From assembly GCF_006345805.1 (NCBI RefSeq), contig NC_042999.1:154876001-154940000 (forward strand): a stretch of 64,000 nt of DNA, read 5' to 3'. Shown in pieces: positions 39,788 through 53,607 of this stretch. Position numbers and translations under genes: made by a program. The notes under the pieces are model-generated. The model saw nothing but the letters and a program-made list of their open reading frames with translations, searched no databases and was not told the DNA's origin. The stretch comes from Octopus sinensis (taxonomy: Eukaryota). Position 1 is the stretch's first letter. Every line of letters begins with the position of its first letter.

Positions 39788-41338
39788 AGGCGGCGAGCTG
39801 GCAGAAACGTTAGCACGCCGGGCGAAATGCTTAGCGGTATTTCGTCTGCCGCTATGTTCTGAGTTCAAATTCCGCCGAGGTCGACTTTGCCTTTCATCTT
39901 TTCAGGGTCGATTAAATGAGTACCAGTTACGCACTGGGGTCGATATAATCGACTTAATCCCTTTGTCTGTCCTTGCTTGTCCTCTCTGTGTTTAGCCCCT
40001 CGTGGGTAGTAAAGAAATAGATATTTCGTCTGCCGCTACGTTCTGAGTTCAAATTCCACCGAGGTCGACTTTACCTTTCATCCTTTCGGGGTTGATAAAT
40101 AAAGTACCAGTTATGCACTGGGGTCGATGTAATCGACTTAATACATTTGTCTGTCCTTGTTTGTCCCCTCTATGTTTAGCCCCTTGTGGGCAATAAAGAA
40201 ATAAGAATCGTTAGCAAGCCGGGCGAAGTGTTTAGCAGTATTTCGTCTGCCACTACGTTCTGAGTTCAAGTTCCGCTGAGGTCGACTTTGCCTTTCATCC
40301 TTTCGGGATTAATTAAGTACAAGTGAAACACTGTGGTTCGATATAATCGACTAGCCCCTTCTTCAAAATTTCAACGCCTTGTACCTTTAGTAGAAAGGAT
40401 TATTTCATTGAGAAGGTTTCAAATCTCACTAGACTGGATTCGATATAATTCTCTTCTATACTAGGCACAAGGCCCGAAATTTTGGGAGAGAGGGCCAGTC
40501 GACTAGATCGAACTCAGTACAAAACTGGTACTTAATTTATCGAACCCGAAAGGATGAAAAGCAAAGTTGACCTCGCCGGAATTTGAACTCAGAACGTAAA
40601 GATAATTTTGCCCGTTGTGCTAACGTTTCTGTCAGCCTTACAAATATTGAATATTCTTTTCTACTCTAGGCACAAGGTCCGAAATTTTGTGGGAGGGGGC
40701 CAGTCGATTAGATCGAACCCAGTACGCAACTGGCACTTAATTTATCAACTCCGAAAGGATGACAGACAAAATACCTATTTCTTTACAACCCACAAGAGGC
40801 TAAACACAGAGGGGAGAAACAAGGACAGACAAACGGATTAAGTCGATTATATCGATCCCAGTGCGTAACTGGTACTTATTTAATCGACCCCGAAAGGATG
40901 AAAGGTAAAGTCGACCTCGGCGGAATTTGAACTTAGAACGTAGCAGCAGACGAAATACCTATTTCTTTACTACCCACAAGAGGCTAAACACAGAGGGGAG
41001 AAACAAGGACAGACAAACGGATTAAGTCGATTATATCGACCCCAGTGCGTAACTGGTACTTATTTAATCGACCCCGAAAGGATGAAAGGCAAAGTCGACC
41101 TCGGCGGAATTTGAACTCAGAACGTAGCGGCAGACGAAATACCTATTTCTTTACTACCCACAAGGGGCAAAACACAGAGAGGACAGACAACCGGATTAAG
41201 TCGATTATATCGACCCCAGTGCGTAAATGATACTTAATTTATCGATCCCGGAAAGATGAAAGGCAAAGTCGACCTCGGCGGAATTTGAATTCAGAACGTA
41301 ACGGCAGACGAAATACTGCTAAGCATTTCGCCCGGCGT
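39788..41338. mobile_element. Convergent multimeric S3 SINE arrays (+ 39788-40402; - 40452-41338)
   Basis: Tandem ~183-bp units joined at gaaata(g)-tatttc. Confidence 0.8.
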
Positions 41339-42121
41339 ACTTAATATATGAGAATTCGTTAAAGGCGTCATGGCTGGCAGAGTTGTTACCACGTCAGGCA
41401 AAATGCTTTGCAGCATTTGATAAGCCTTCATGCTCTAAGTTGAAATAGACTTATCCTTCCCCCGAATTTGATGGCCTTGTGCCAAAATTCGAAACCAAAT
41501 ATATCAGAATTCATTTATAACTGTAACCCTCTGTCAAAAAAACATCGATATTATCGTCTCATCCGTCCGTATTTACCACATGCTTATGTCTGCCAGTTAT
41601 TCTCTAGATATCTACGAATTGATTTCGGCTAAGTTATACACTGTGTGTCTTTTCAGTAATATAAGCCAGGAAACAGACGAACCTGTTTCTCCACATCAGG
41701 ACAATCGAATTCTTTACCAAGTCAATGTATATGTATAAGGCTATACGTGTGTTTAAATTTCTGTAATTCAGTTTTAACTTAACTCAACTGGTTGTGTGTC
41801 TTGCATTAATATTTATTTAACTGAGTTGTAAGTTCCGTCATGAAAATTTGTCAAAGCATTATCAAATATACATAAATAAGAAAGCTAAAGGCTTTAGCAA
41901 AAGCAACAACAAACGATAAACAAATATCCGTCTAGTTTTTTGTTTTTGTGTTATTCCTGTAACAGGCACGTGTACTTTGTACTGGTTATTATTTGATAGT
42001 ATAGATGTGTAGGTTGTTGTTGAGCCAGCTAATGTGATTAACTCAGAAGGCTGTAATCTCATTGGATAGTAAACCCGGATGAAGAATATATAAACAAGTT
42101 TGTAATTTTAAATACGTTTAT

Positions 42122-42535
42122 TGTGGCCTCACGTATATACACAACTGAATGACAAATGGAATGGTTGGTGCGTAGAGGCCATGATCTTATGTGCTTTATA
42201 CTCCTATCTGCTAGCTGGCGTGTGATATGAGAACCAGTCAGGTTACGTCTTCACAGTTCGCGTCCTAGTGCAGAAAGAGACAGAGGTGAGCGTCTGAACC
42301 TTAACGTTACGCAATGCCCTCTATATATGGCCAGCTTGTTTGAATCTACTGTCAAGGGGGTTAACTGCGCCTACAATAGGGTTCAGCCACTTCCAGAAAT
42401 TTGCACATATGTAAATGCATAGAAGGGACACAACTGACCAAATGAAAAGGCGTTGGCCAGCTAACGAAAGAGTGTATCTGTTCAACGAAATAGTGCTAAG
42501 CCAATAAAGACATCTAACTCACGTTGGTTTTTACA
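42122..42535 (+). mobile_element. Possible solo LTR
   Basis: TG...CA ends, TATA-like sequence at ~42323, AATAAA at ~42503, flanks gtttat / gtttct (5 of 6 match). Confidence 0.4.
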
Positions 42536-42609
42536 GTTTCTTTGTCGGTAAAAGGTGTAGATATACCACATCGATGGAATCAATAAAATGATTGAAACAT
42601 TAACAGATT

Positions 42610-42774
42610 AGAGTAGGAGTGACTGTGTGGGAAGTAGATTGCTTACCAACCACATAGTTCCGGGTTCAGTCCCACTGCGTGGCACCTTGGGCAAGTGTCT
42701 TCTACTATAGCCTCAGGCCAACCAAAGCCTTGAGAGTGGATTTGGTAGACGGAAACTGAAAGAAGCCCGTCGTA

Positions 42775-42820
<46 letters not shown>

Positions 42821-43045
42821 GTGTGTGTGTGTGTTTGTGTCTGTGTTTGTCCCCCCAGCATCGCTTGACAACCGATGCTGGTGTGTTTAGGTCCCCATAA
42901 CTTAGGGGTTCGGCAAAAGAGACCTATAGAATAAGTACTAGGCTTACAACGAATAAGTCCTGGGATCGATTTGCTCAATCGACAAAAGGCGGTGCTACAG
43001 CATGGCCACAGTCAAATGACTGAAACAAGTAAAAGAGTAAAAGAG
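42610..43045 (+). mobile_element. SINE family S2 full copy
   Basis: Complete from head to tail. Confidence 0.85.
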
Positions 43046-43441
43046 ATATAAACACAGCATGATGATTTGGATTAACACAGCTTTTTAATTAATTCAGTTT
43101 GCATTTATAATTATGTATCACGTAATTATACATTTAATGATGTTTATCTTAATGAAACAGTTATTACGCACAATTAAAGTATGAAGATATGGGAAATTTA
43201 TGGCTGATAGACGCAGATTAGGCTGTGTGGCAAGAAGTTTGCTTCTCAACCACATAGTCCTACGTTCGGTCCCACTGCGCGGCACCTTGGGCAGGTGTCT
43301 TCTATTATAGCCTCGGACCGACTAAAGCCTTGGGAATGAATTTGGTAGACGGCAACTGAAAAGAAGCCGTGTGTGTTGTGTGTGTGTGTGTGTGTGCGTG
43401 CGTGCGTGTGTGTGTGCGTGTGTGTGTGCATGTGTGTGTGC

Positions 43442-43499
<58 letters not shown>

Positions 43500-43712
43500 G
43501 TTTGTGTATGTGTCCCACCACCGCTTGATAATCAGCGTTGATGTATTTACGGCCTTGTAACCTATCGGTTCGGCAAAAAGGAACGATAGAAATGTTAAGC
43601 TTTAAAAGAGTTAGTACATGTTGGATTTCAACGTCTTGCCATTAGCTGAGCTCTTAATTATCAAGGATACTTTCTTTGATGTTTATCCATCGATTCTCTA
43701 TATGGATCGCGG

Positions 43713-45432
43713 CACTTCGTCGGTTACGACGACGAGGGTTCCAGTTCATCCGATCAACGGAACAGCCTGCTCGTGAAATTAACGTGTAAGTGGCTGAGCA
43801 CTCCACAGACACGTGCACCCTTAACGTAGTTCTCGGGGGAAGAATAAGCGTGACACAGTGAGTGACAAGGCTGGCCCTTTGAAATACAGGTACAACAGAA
43901 TCAGGAAGAAAGAGTGAGCGAAATTTGTGGTGAAAGAGTATAGCGGGGTTTGCCATCACCCCCTGCCGGAGAATCGTGGAGCTTTAGGTGTTTTCGCTCA
44001 ATAAACTCTCACAACGCCCGGTCTGGGAATCGAAACCGCGATCCCACGACCGCCAGTCCACTGCCCTAACCACTGAGTCATTGCGCCTCCACTCTATATG
44101 GATACATCTAGCGCATCGTTAGAATCAATAAAAAAATTGTAGAATTAAAAAAACATTTCGTTGGACACCGAATTCTCATTAGTATACACCGTTTAGCGTG
44201 GAGGCGCAATGGCCCAGTGGTTAGGGCAGCGGACTCGCGGTCTTTGGATCGCGGTTTCGATTCCCAGACCGGGCGTTGTGAGTGTTTATTGAGCGAAAAC
44301 ACCTAAAAGCTCCACGAGACTCCGGCAGGGGATGGTGGTGATCCCTGCTGTACTCTTTCACTACAACTTTCTCTCACTCTTACTTCCTGTTTCTGTTGTA
44401 CCTGTATTTCAAGGGGCCGGCCTTGTCACTCTCTGTGTCACGCTGAATATCCCCGAGAACTACGTTAAGGGTGCACGTGTCTGTGGAGTTAATTTCACGA
44501 GCAGGCTGTTCCTTTGATTCGGATCAACCGGAACCCTCATCGTCTTAACCGACGGAGTGCTTCCACACCGTTTAGCATATGTAGCTAAAACTCATTGATA
44601 GAATCAATAAGATGATTGTAGGTTGAACGAATATTTCGTTACCGTGTAATGTAATATCGAATCCTTTAGTAGACAAATGGTAGCATTGGAAAGCTTGGGA
44701 TGCCTGAATTGGCTTTGATCTAATTTGTATACTTTGCTCTCACCTGTGAAATTCATAAAAGAAAGAAATATAAGTTGACCTACAATTAGTGTATGGGTTA
44801 AATGTCTCCATTTAGTAATATGAATAGAAAGAAATAACAAGAGTTAAAGGAAAAGAAAAAGTTTTGTTAACATTTTTTTTTTATGATTCGAATATATTTC
44901 ACTCCACAAATAACTATAACTACTAATAACTTGTGGGATCTAGTCGTTAAACGTCACCATAGAAAGAAATAACAAGAGTTAACAAAGGAAAAGAAAAAGT
45001 TTTCTTAACATTTTTTTTTTTTATGATTCGAATACATTTCACTCCCCAAATAACTATAACTACTTCTTAAGCACTCCGTCGGTTACGACGATGAGGGTTC
45101 CGGTTGATCCGAATCAACGGAACAGCCTGCTCGTGAAATTAACTCCACAGACACGTGCACCCTTAACGTAGTTCTCGGGGATATTCAGCGTGACACAGAG
45201 AGTGACAAGGCCGGCCCCTTGAAATACAGGTACAACAGAAACAGGAAGTAAGAGTGAGAGAAAGTTGTAGTGAAAGAGTACAGCAGGGATCACCACCATC
45301 CCCTGCCGGAGCCTCGTGGAGCTTTTAGGTGTTTTCGCTCAATAAACACTCACAACGCCCGGTCTGGGAATCGAAACCGCGATCCTATGACCGCGAGTCC
45401 GCTGCCCTAACCACTGGGCCATTGCGCCTCCA
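43713..45432. mobile_element. Cluster of three S1 SINEs (-, +, -)
   Basis: 43713-44091(-), 44198-44560(+) and 45072-45432(-). Confidence 0.85.
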
Positions 45433-46413
45433 CTATAACTACTAATAACTTGTGGGATCTAGTCGTTCTCATTCGCAAAACGAGTCCCACCTTAATTTTG
45501 CTCAGATTGCTTTCAATTTTGGTGTATCGATGCAACTATGAATTTTGATTACGATCAACCAATTACCTTACCTCGTTAATTAAATAATCTGTTGTTATTT
45601 GGAATTAAAGTTTGGAAATTTGGATAATTTTAGTCAATCAACAGGCAGCCTAGCATTAGCAGCTTGTTACCATGACAACCGCACGCTGTGGTGTGGTTCA
45701 CTGTTGTCTTGTGCCACTGATGTCTATGTTGATTTCACCCGCGTGTTACGTTTTGATTTTTCTGTGTGTTGGTATACCACATATTTTTCTGTACAATCAT
45801 GATTTTTGATGAACTTATAAATAATTATGAATTTATTTTACTACCCGTGAAGTCACATGGCTCAGTGGTTAGAGCGTCGAGCTTGCGATCATGAGGTTGT
45901 GAGTTCGAATGCCGGACCGGGCTGCGTGTTGCGCTCTTGAGCAAGACACTTTATTTCACATTGCTCCAGTTTACTCAGCTATTCAAATGAGTTGCGTCGT
46001 CACATGTGCCATAAACAACTTTGCCCGAACTTGTACCTGGGAGGGGAATTTTCTAGGTGCAATCCCACGGTCAGTCATGACCGAAGAGGTCTCAGAGACT
46101 TTATTGAAACGTTTATGTAAACTGTTTAAACACAAAACCCCTCTTAACATTTTCTTATCATTGTCAAAGATTATATTCCTTAACATTTTCTTATCATTGA
46201 CAAAGACTCTATCACTGTATTTTGATACAACTATGTTAGCTAATTTTTAACACCACAAAGGCTACACAAAACCTTGCACTTTACAATTTGAAAATCTTTT
46301 TTTAAAAAAGTGAGACCACTCAAGTCAATAAACATCTTTAAAAGACCTTTGCATTTTCAAATCCTCTTCCCTATATATTTTCACTCGTGCGGTACCTTGC
46401 AATTTTACTTTGC

Positions 46414-46445
<32 letters not shown>

Positions 46446-46737
46446 CATATATATATACGTTTAAATATTTGTTGTGCAAGATTTTTTATGTGAAGTCATG
46501 TGTTGAAACAGATATTGTTGTATTTAGGAATGGTCATTTTGCCAGTTTAGCCAATAAAATATAAGTAAGAAGAAAACAAAGGACCACTGATGCGGTCACA
46601 GGAGTGTGACGAAGAACTCTGGCCGAAATAAGATTAAGATTAATGTAAAAATAAATACACTAATGAAGCAAAGTAACACCAAATATATAGTGCGTGTGTT
46701 TTTATTGGCTAAACTGGCAAAATGACCATTCCTAAAT

Positions 46738-46802
<65 letters not shown>

Positions 46803-46807
<5 letters not shown>

Positions 46808-47261
46808 AAAGATAAATGCGATACAATAAAATTAATTATAATCGCCGGTGTACCAGTACACGCCATATATTATACATATATCATTACATTCAAGGCGAAG
46901 AGTGCACTAGATACACAATAGCTGGATAAATTTAGTGAGATGAAAATTAGAAACTTTTACAAACTTAACTTTTCTTATACTGCAGTTTCGCCAATTCAGT
47001 AATAAAAATAGTATTTATTTACTCAGGCTGGCTCTTCAGTAAGATTCCTGTTAATGATGGGAAGACCATATCAATAGACCCATGTGCGTCTATCGAAATG
47101 CTCTTTCTAAACTATTCAAAACACTGCGCAGACTCAGAACAAACCCGACAAAATAGGGGATTGTGGTATATCGTCTAACGGTCAGAAATTTATCGAGATA
47201 ATATGTAAACAAAGATAAATGCGATACAATAAAATTAATTATAATCGCCGGTGTACCAGTA
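46803..47261 (-). mobile_element. Hammerhead-bearing non-coding retroelement (retrozyme / Penelope pLTR-like), 403-bp period
   Basis: Identical 56-bp direct repeats (46803-46858 and 47206-47261) enclose the hammerhead. (TA)n on both sides. Confidence 0.65.
46973..47044 (-). ncRNA. Minimal type I hammerhead ribozyme motif
   Basis: Minus strand reads tctta CTGAAGA gcca...tggc GAAAC TGCA GTA taaga. All core nucleotides are present, with stem I tctta/taaga, stem II gcca/tggc and a palindromic TGCA stem III loop. Confidence 0.8.
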
Positions 47262-47314
47262 TATTATATATATATATATAATATATATATATATATAATA
47301 TATATATATATATA

Positions 47315-47807
47315 CCGTAAATCCTCGAGTATAATCCGTATTTTCCCCAATCCCTAGTGCGTACTATATACGAGGTAAAAATGAAAATTATTTTCAAAGC
47401 AATGTCCGAGATTCTATTTGCTGTCCGGCAATGTTTATTCAGACGCATTTTGTGATGTCGGGCGCGAAAATACCTTAAAGTAAGCCTAAAAGCAATGAAG
47501 TCATAAAAGAATCATCCATAACTGGCAGTAAGCAACATTTATTAAACGTTATTACTGTTATTTCTTAATTTTCTGCAAACAAAATGCACAAAAAAGCTAC
47601 ACGTTTGCATTATGTTATATATACAACAATAATAAAGGACGCTACCGTATACATTTTTACAAACCAAGGACGTTATATAGACCTTCTTGACTCAAGTTAG
47701 AGAAGGAGTGCGTATTATACACAAGGTTTAGGTTTTTCAGAGGTACAGCCTCCTAAAAATCCCCTGCGTATTATACTCAAGGGCGGACTATACTCGAAGA
47801 TTTACGG
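47315..47807. mobile_element. Tc1/mariner-superfamily (Tc2/pogo-like) MITE
   Basis: TIRs ccgtaaatcctcgagtataatccg / cggactatactcgaagatttacgg (2 mismatches), with TA on both sides. Confidence 0.8.
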
Positions 47808-47838
<31 letters not shown>

Positions 47839-48057
47839 GTCCTACCCTTCGAGCCAGGTAGTAGATGAAAGAGAGACAACTGAAGAAGGGGAATATTCCT
47901 TATGTTGCATGTCTCGTTTCTCTGTTTGTTTTTTTCGTTGATCCCCCCAAAAAGTTCGTTTCTATGTTTTTGTTTTTGTTTTTGTTTCTCGTTGTGTTGA
48001 AGGTTTTTTTTTATGTCCTGTACCCTTATATGCATATATATATATATATACATATAT

Positions 48058-48231
48058 AGGCGCAGGAGTAGCGGTGTGGTAAGTAGCTTGCTAACCAACC
48101 ACATGGTTCTGGGTTCAATCCCAGTGCGTGGCATCTTGGGCAACTGTCTTCTGCTATAGCCCCGGGCCGACCAATGCCTTGTGAGTGGATTTGGTAGACG
48201 GAAACTGAAAGAAGCCTGTCGTATATATGTA

Positions 48232-48267
<36 letters not shown>

Positions 48268-48510
48268 TGTGTGTGTGTGTGTGTGTGTGAGTGTTTGTGT
48301 GTCTGTGTTTGTCCCCCTAGCATTGCTTGACAACCGATGCTGGTGTGTTTACGTCCCCGTCACTTAGCGGTTCGGCAAAAGAGACCGATAGAATAAGTAC
48401 TGGGCTTACAAAGGATAAGTCCCGGGGTCGATTTGCTCGACTAAATGCGGTGCTCCAGCGTGGCCGCAGTCAAATGACTGAAACAAGTAAAAGAGTAAAA
48501 AGAGTAAAGA
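48058..48510 (+). mobile_element. SINE family S2 full copy
   Basis: Complete from head to tail. Confidence 0.85.
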
Positions 48511-48951
48511 GTATATATATATATATATTATATATATATATATATATATTAAAAAAATAGGTGTTAAGGTCCTGTCTATATATGGATTGGCTGAAGTTAT
48601 GTAGTTATTAAGCTTGTACTTTTATACTACACTACGGAAGACGGTAGGGATTATAATTTTTGTATGACTTAATAGAGTTGTCGGTGTTTAGTTACGTATT
48701 TAGGAGTGGTTGTAATTTACTTACTGAATTTATTTACCGTTACGGTCGTACATAGGGTAAATGTATTTGAAAGTTGTGGTTTCTTTGGTTTGTTTGTTCC
48801 CAAACACCACTTATTTTAGTGGTGTTGACACTGCTGTATTGAATGGTACTGTCCAAGTGTCGAAACCATAATGATATCTGTGGGGCAGCTGATGATGGAG
48901 GTATTTTGGATTGTTGGTATGGCTGTGGAATAGTATTATAACACATCCTTT

Positions 48952-49016
<65 letters not shown>

Positions 49017-49359
49017 TTTATATATATATAAGATATACTCCCCAATTTTATCATATATATATATTAATATATATATATATGCTCGTGTCTGTGTTTGTTG
49101 CCCCATCATCGCTTGACAACTGATGTTAGTATGTTTAAGTAACCGTAACTTAGCGGTTCGGTAAAAGAGGCCGATAGAATAAGTACTAGGTTTACAAAGA
49201 ATAAGTCCTGGGGTCGATTTCTTCAACTAAAGGCGGCGCCCCAGCATGGCCGCAGTCAAATGACTGAAACAAGTAAAAGAAAAAGGAACATATATGAAAC
49301 ATCAACCAGCAATTATATCTGTCTTGCATTTCAATCATTTTTTTTCTCTCTTTTTCTAG

Positions 49360-49738
49360 CGTTGGTAGCTGGAATTACGCAGGAAACGATCGATCAGATA
49401 GCCACCAATATGGATATCAAACATGACATATTGAGCAACCTTGATGATGGCTTACGCACCTTTCAAGTACAGTTAACCATTACCAACCGTGGCAAAACTG
49501 CCATCCCAAAAGATGGTTGGGTGATCTACATCTGTTACATACGTATGATAGAACCGAACTACTTACCAAATCCTAAAGGAGTTGTGAGAGATGGTATCAA
49601 GATTACTCATCTTCAGGGCTGCACCTTTGCTCTGGAACCAGCTTCTACTTTTGAAGCGATTCAGCCAAATGGAGTAAAGAAGATCAAATTTTTAGGAGAA
49701 AATTGGATTGTATCTAAAACTGATATAATGCCAAACTG
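49360..49738 (+). CDS. GH20 chitobiase-type hexosaminidase exon 2 (N-terminal CHB_HEX-like carbohydrate-binding domain)
   Basis: Polypyrimidine tract then TAG acceptor at 49357-49359. Encodes LVAGITQETIDQIATN...LTITNRG...GWVIYICYIRMIEP...KITHLQG...ENWIVSKTDIMPNW. Donor TG|GTAAAT, phase 2. Confidence 0.9.
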
Positions 49739-49748
49739 GTAAATTTGC

Positions 49749-49795
<47 letters not shown>

Positions 49796-49796
49796 C

Positions 49797-49852
<56 letters not shown>

Positions 49853-49864
49853 ATGTATGTATGT

Positions 49865-49900
<36 letters not shown>

Positions 49901-49952
49901 CCTATCTGTCTGTCTGTCTATTTAGCTATCTGCCTACCTGTCTAACCACCTG

Positions 49953-50027
<75 letters not shown>

Positions 50028-50288
50028 GTCTGTCTGTCTGTCTGTTTATCTGCCTGTATGTACGTATGTCTGTATGTAAGCCTGTCTATTTAGTTATCTG
50101 TCTGTTTAGCTATCTGTCTGTCTAACCACCTGTCTATCTATCTATTCATAAACGTACGAACACACACACACAAACACGCACACACATGCATACGCACATA
50201 CACGCATACATATATACTCACACATACAAATATATACACATGCATGCATATTTATCTCTGTATCTCTCACTCTATGTATGTGTGCGTG

Positions 50289-50359
<71 letters not shown>

Positions 50360-52249
50360 AAGTTACTCTTGCGAACCACAATCACGAAGAACGTTATATA
50401 TGCATCCCTTAAAATCTTAACCGATTGTACACGAAGAAATACTGTTCATACTTATTCATACTTATTCAAAACGTCCTGTAGAAACCATCGTACTTATAGT
50501 ACACTCTTTAAGTCACCAAGCACTTGTACGTAATATGCAAACGCTCTATTTGCATCCAGAAAGAGTAATCCAGAAATAGATATAACAATCATTTTAACTT
50601 TTAGATACACTAAAGCGAAAAAAATGACGAAAATATGCTACTGCAATTATTCAATTCAGCTTAAAATGGAACATCATTGAAAGATTTAAGATTTTACAGG
50701 AACAAAAATAGAAAATGTGATCTTTGCACAGCTGGAAAAAGAATATTATTCTTTATACTTGTCATTGCACTGATCTGTACTTAAATACTAGATCTGATAT
50801 TTTCAAAAAGTGTATACACTTTGACAAGCACTTACTAAGTAACCGGATACTACTGGTACATCCTGATTAAAAAGATCAACCAACATCCCTGCCCGTTCAC
50901 TTGTCTATTTCCTTTCCCTTTTCTCCAACTACCCATTAATTAACACATTAGCAGAGATATAAATATATGCCAAGGGATATTTCTATATTAATGTTTATTA
51001 ACAAGTACAGGTTCCCATTATTATACCCTTGTTCTTTTTATCCCTTTTCTCTTTTCACCTTTCCTCTCTTCTCTTTAGCTTGTACTATTGCGCTACATTT
51101 TGGACTTTAGTTTATTTTAATTATTCATAATATTTTGCTTATGCTTTCATATGTAAATACAAAGGGAAACAAATTTGCCTGTGCAGTTAGACACTCACTC
51201 CTACAAGTGTCGTCGCTCTCTATAAAACTGTATTAGATTAAGTGCTTTGTTTGTTTGTTCGTTTGTTTGTTTGTTTTTATTTTCTTTAAAACTATAATGA
51301 ACAAATATGTCTTGTATGATGAACGTGTTATTAATCACTAATTAGGCATGAAATTCACCGAAACCAAAGTATGTATGTATGTATGTACATATGTGTGTTT
51401 TTGTGTCTGTGTTTGTCCCCAACAACACCACCACCATCGCTTGACAACTGATGTTGGTGTGTTTGCGTCTCCGTAACTTAGTGGTTAGGCCAAAGAGACC
51501 GTTAGAATAAGTACTAGGCTTAAAAAGATTAAGTTCTGGAATCGATTTCTTCGATTAAAAGCGGTGCTCCAGAATGGCTGCAGTCAGATAACTGAAACAA
51601 GTAAAAGAATAAAAGAGAAAATACTCTGTAATGGGGTTGACATCAGGATGGTATCTCGGTGTATGCAAAAATGAAACGTTGGAGCAGGTCGGGGTCCTCC
51701 AATCCGTTAGAGCCCGCGGAATTGTCTAACAAATATGCCATCACAGAAAGCAGGCGTAAAATGATAATGAATGTAAAACTTTCTAAGAAAATTTAAACAC
51801 TGCGTGTAAATACAATATATTATAACCGTTGATGTCTAACATAGCAGAACAAGTTATGCACTGTATATAAATACTATAAATTTTATGTACGCTAATGTCA
51901 ACATGGATAGGTGCCAACCTTGGTACGATACTCTTGAAGTAAAATAATGCCATAAATCAACTTGCAAATGAATGAACCACTAAAGTCTGGATGTAAAGCA
52001 ATATTTTACAGATTCGAGCTGGCAGAAACGTTAGCACGCCGGGCGAAATGCTTAGCGGTATTTCGTCTGCCGTTACGTTCTGAGTTCAAATTCCGCCGAA
52101 GTCGACTTTGCCTTTTTCGGGGTCGATAAATTAAGTACCGGTTGTGTACTAGGGTTGATCTAATCGACTGGGCCACCTCTCCAAAAATTTCGGGTTTTGT
52201 GCCTAGAGTAGAAAAGAATATTTTACAGACACACACCTACGTACTCGCT

Positions 52250-52290
<41 letters not shown>

Positions 52291-52392
52291 ACATATATAC
52301 TCATACTCGTATGTAAATATATAGAGAGAGAGAGTGGGAGAGAAATTTATATATATGTACACACACTCACACATAGACAGATGTATATAATA

Positions 52393-52790
52393 CGAGGTGG
52401 TATCAAAAAGTTCTGGGACTAGTTATATTTTACATAAATTTTAACATCAGCTCCTTCAAAATAGTAACTTTGCACAGCAATACACCGGTCCAAGCGTTCC
52501 TGCCACTTTTCGAGTCCGGCCTGGAAGTCGCTTTCCGTAAGCGAATCGAGGACCTACGATTTGTTCTCGATCTCGAGAATGGTGTTAAAAACGGTGACAC
52601 ATTTGAAACGCATTTTCATCTTGGGAAAGAGATGGAAATCCGCAAGTGCTAAATCTGGCGAATAGGATGGGGTGCTGAAGCGATGTCATGTTGTTTTGGG
52701 CGAGAAACACACGAGTGAGAAAAAGTTCGCTGACAGGGTTCATTGTTGTCATGAAGAAACCAATTCTTCGCGCTCTTCGGATCCGATCTC
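52393..52790 (-). mobile_element. Mariner transposon 3' relic
   Basis: ta|cgaggtggtatcaaaaagttc terminus. Minus strand encodes PSYSPDLALADFHLFPK (mariner YSPDLAPxD motif). Confidence 0.7.
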
Positions 52791-53607
52791 AGGCGGCGAG
52801 CTGGCAGAACCGGTAGCACGCCGGGCGGCGAGATGCTTAGCCGTATTTCGTCTGCCGTTACGTTCTGAGTTCAAATTCCGCCGAGGTCGACTTCGCCTTT
52901 CATCCTTTCGGGGTCCATAAATTAAGTACCAGTTACGCACTGGGGTCGTTGTAATCGATTAATATACCTATGTCTGTCCTTGTTTGTCACCTCTATGTTT
53001 AGCCCTTGTGGGTAATAAAGAAATAGGTATTCGTCTGCCGTTACGTTCTGGGTCAAATTCCGCGAGGTCGGCTTGCCTTTCAAGGGGTTAAGTACCAGTT
53101 ACGCACTGGGGTCGATATAATCGACTTAATCCGTCTGTCTGTCCTTGTTTGTCTCCACTGCGTTTAGTCCCTTGTGGGTAGTTAAGAAATAGGTATTGAA
53201 GGCGGCGAGCTGGCAGATACGTTAGCACGCCGGGCGAAGTGCTTAGCGGTATTTCGTCTGCCGCTACGTTCTGAGTTCAAATTCCGCCGAGATCAACTTT
53301 GCCTTTCATCCTTTCAGGATTGATTAAATAAGTACCAGTTATGCACTGGGGTCGATATAATAGACTTAATCCGTTTGTCTGTCCTTATTTGTCCCCTCTG
53401 TGTGTGGCCCCTTGTGGGCAGTAAAGCAATACGTATTTCGTCTGTCATTACGTTCTGAGTTCAAATTCCACCGAGGTCGACTTTGCATTTTATCCTTTCG
53501 GGGTCGATAAATTAAGTACCAGTTGCGTACTGGAGTTGATCTAATCGACTGGCCCCCGTTCTAAAAATTCCGGGTCTTGTACATAGAGTAGAAGATAAAA
53601 GAATATC
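52791..53607 (+). mobile_element. Multimeric S3 SINE array
   Basis: About four tandem units. Confidence 0.8.

Noticed and set aside
44198-44275. tRNA-like sequences at SINE heads (also about 45850, 62703 and S2/S3 heads)
   Set aside because: They are A/B-box heads continuous with SINE bodies, not complete tRNA genes.
48550-48955. TA-flanked ~400-bp island with GAAAC and CTGATGA in permuted order
   Set aside because: I could not build paired stems or an NUH site, so it is not counted as a ribozyme.
49260-49359. ATG start of the 160-aa ORF (MTETSKRK...)
   Set aside because: The ATG lies in an S2 SINE tail and the sequence runs through a polypyrimidine tract; the real exon starts at the AG acceptor at 49359.
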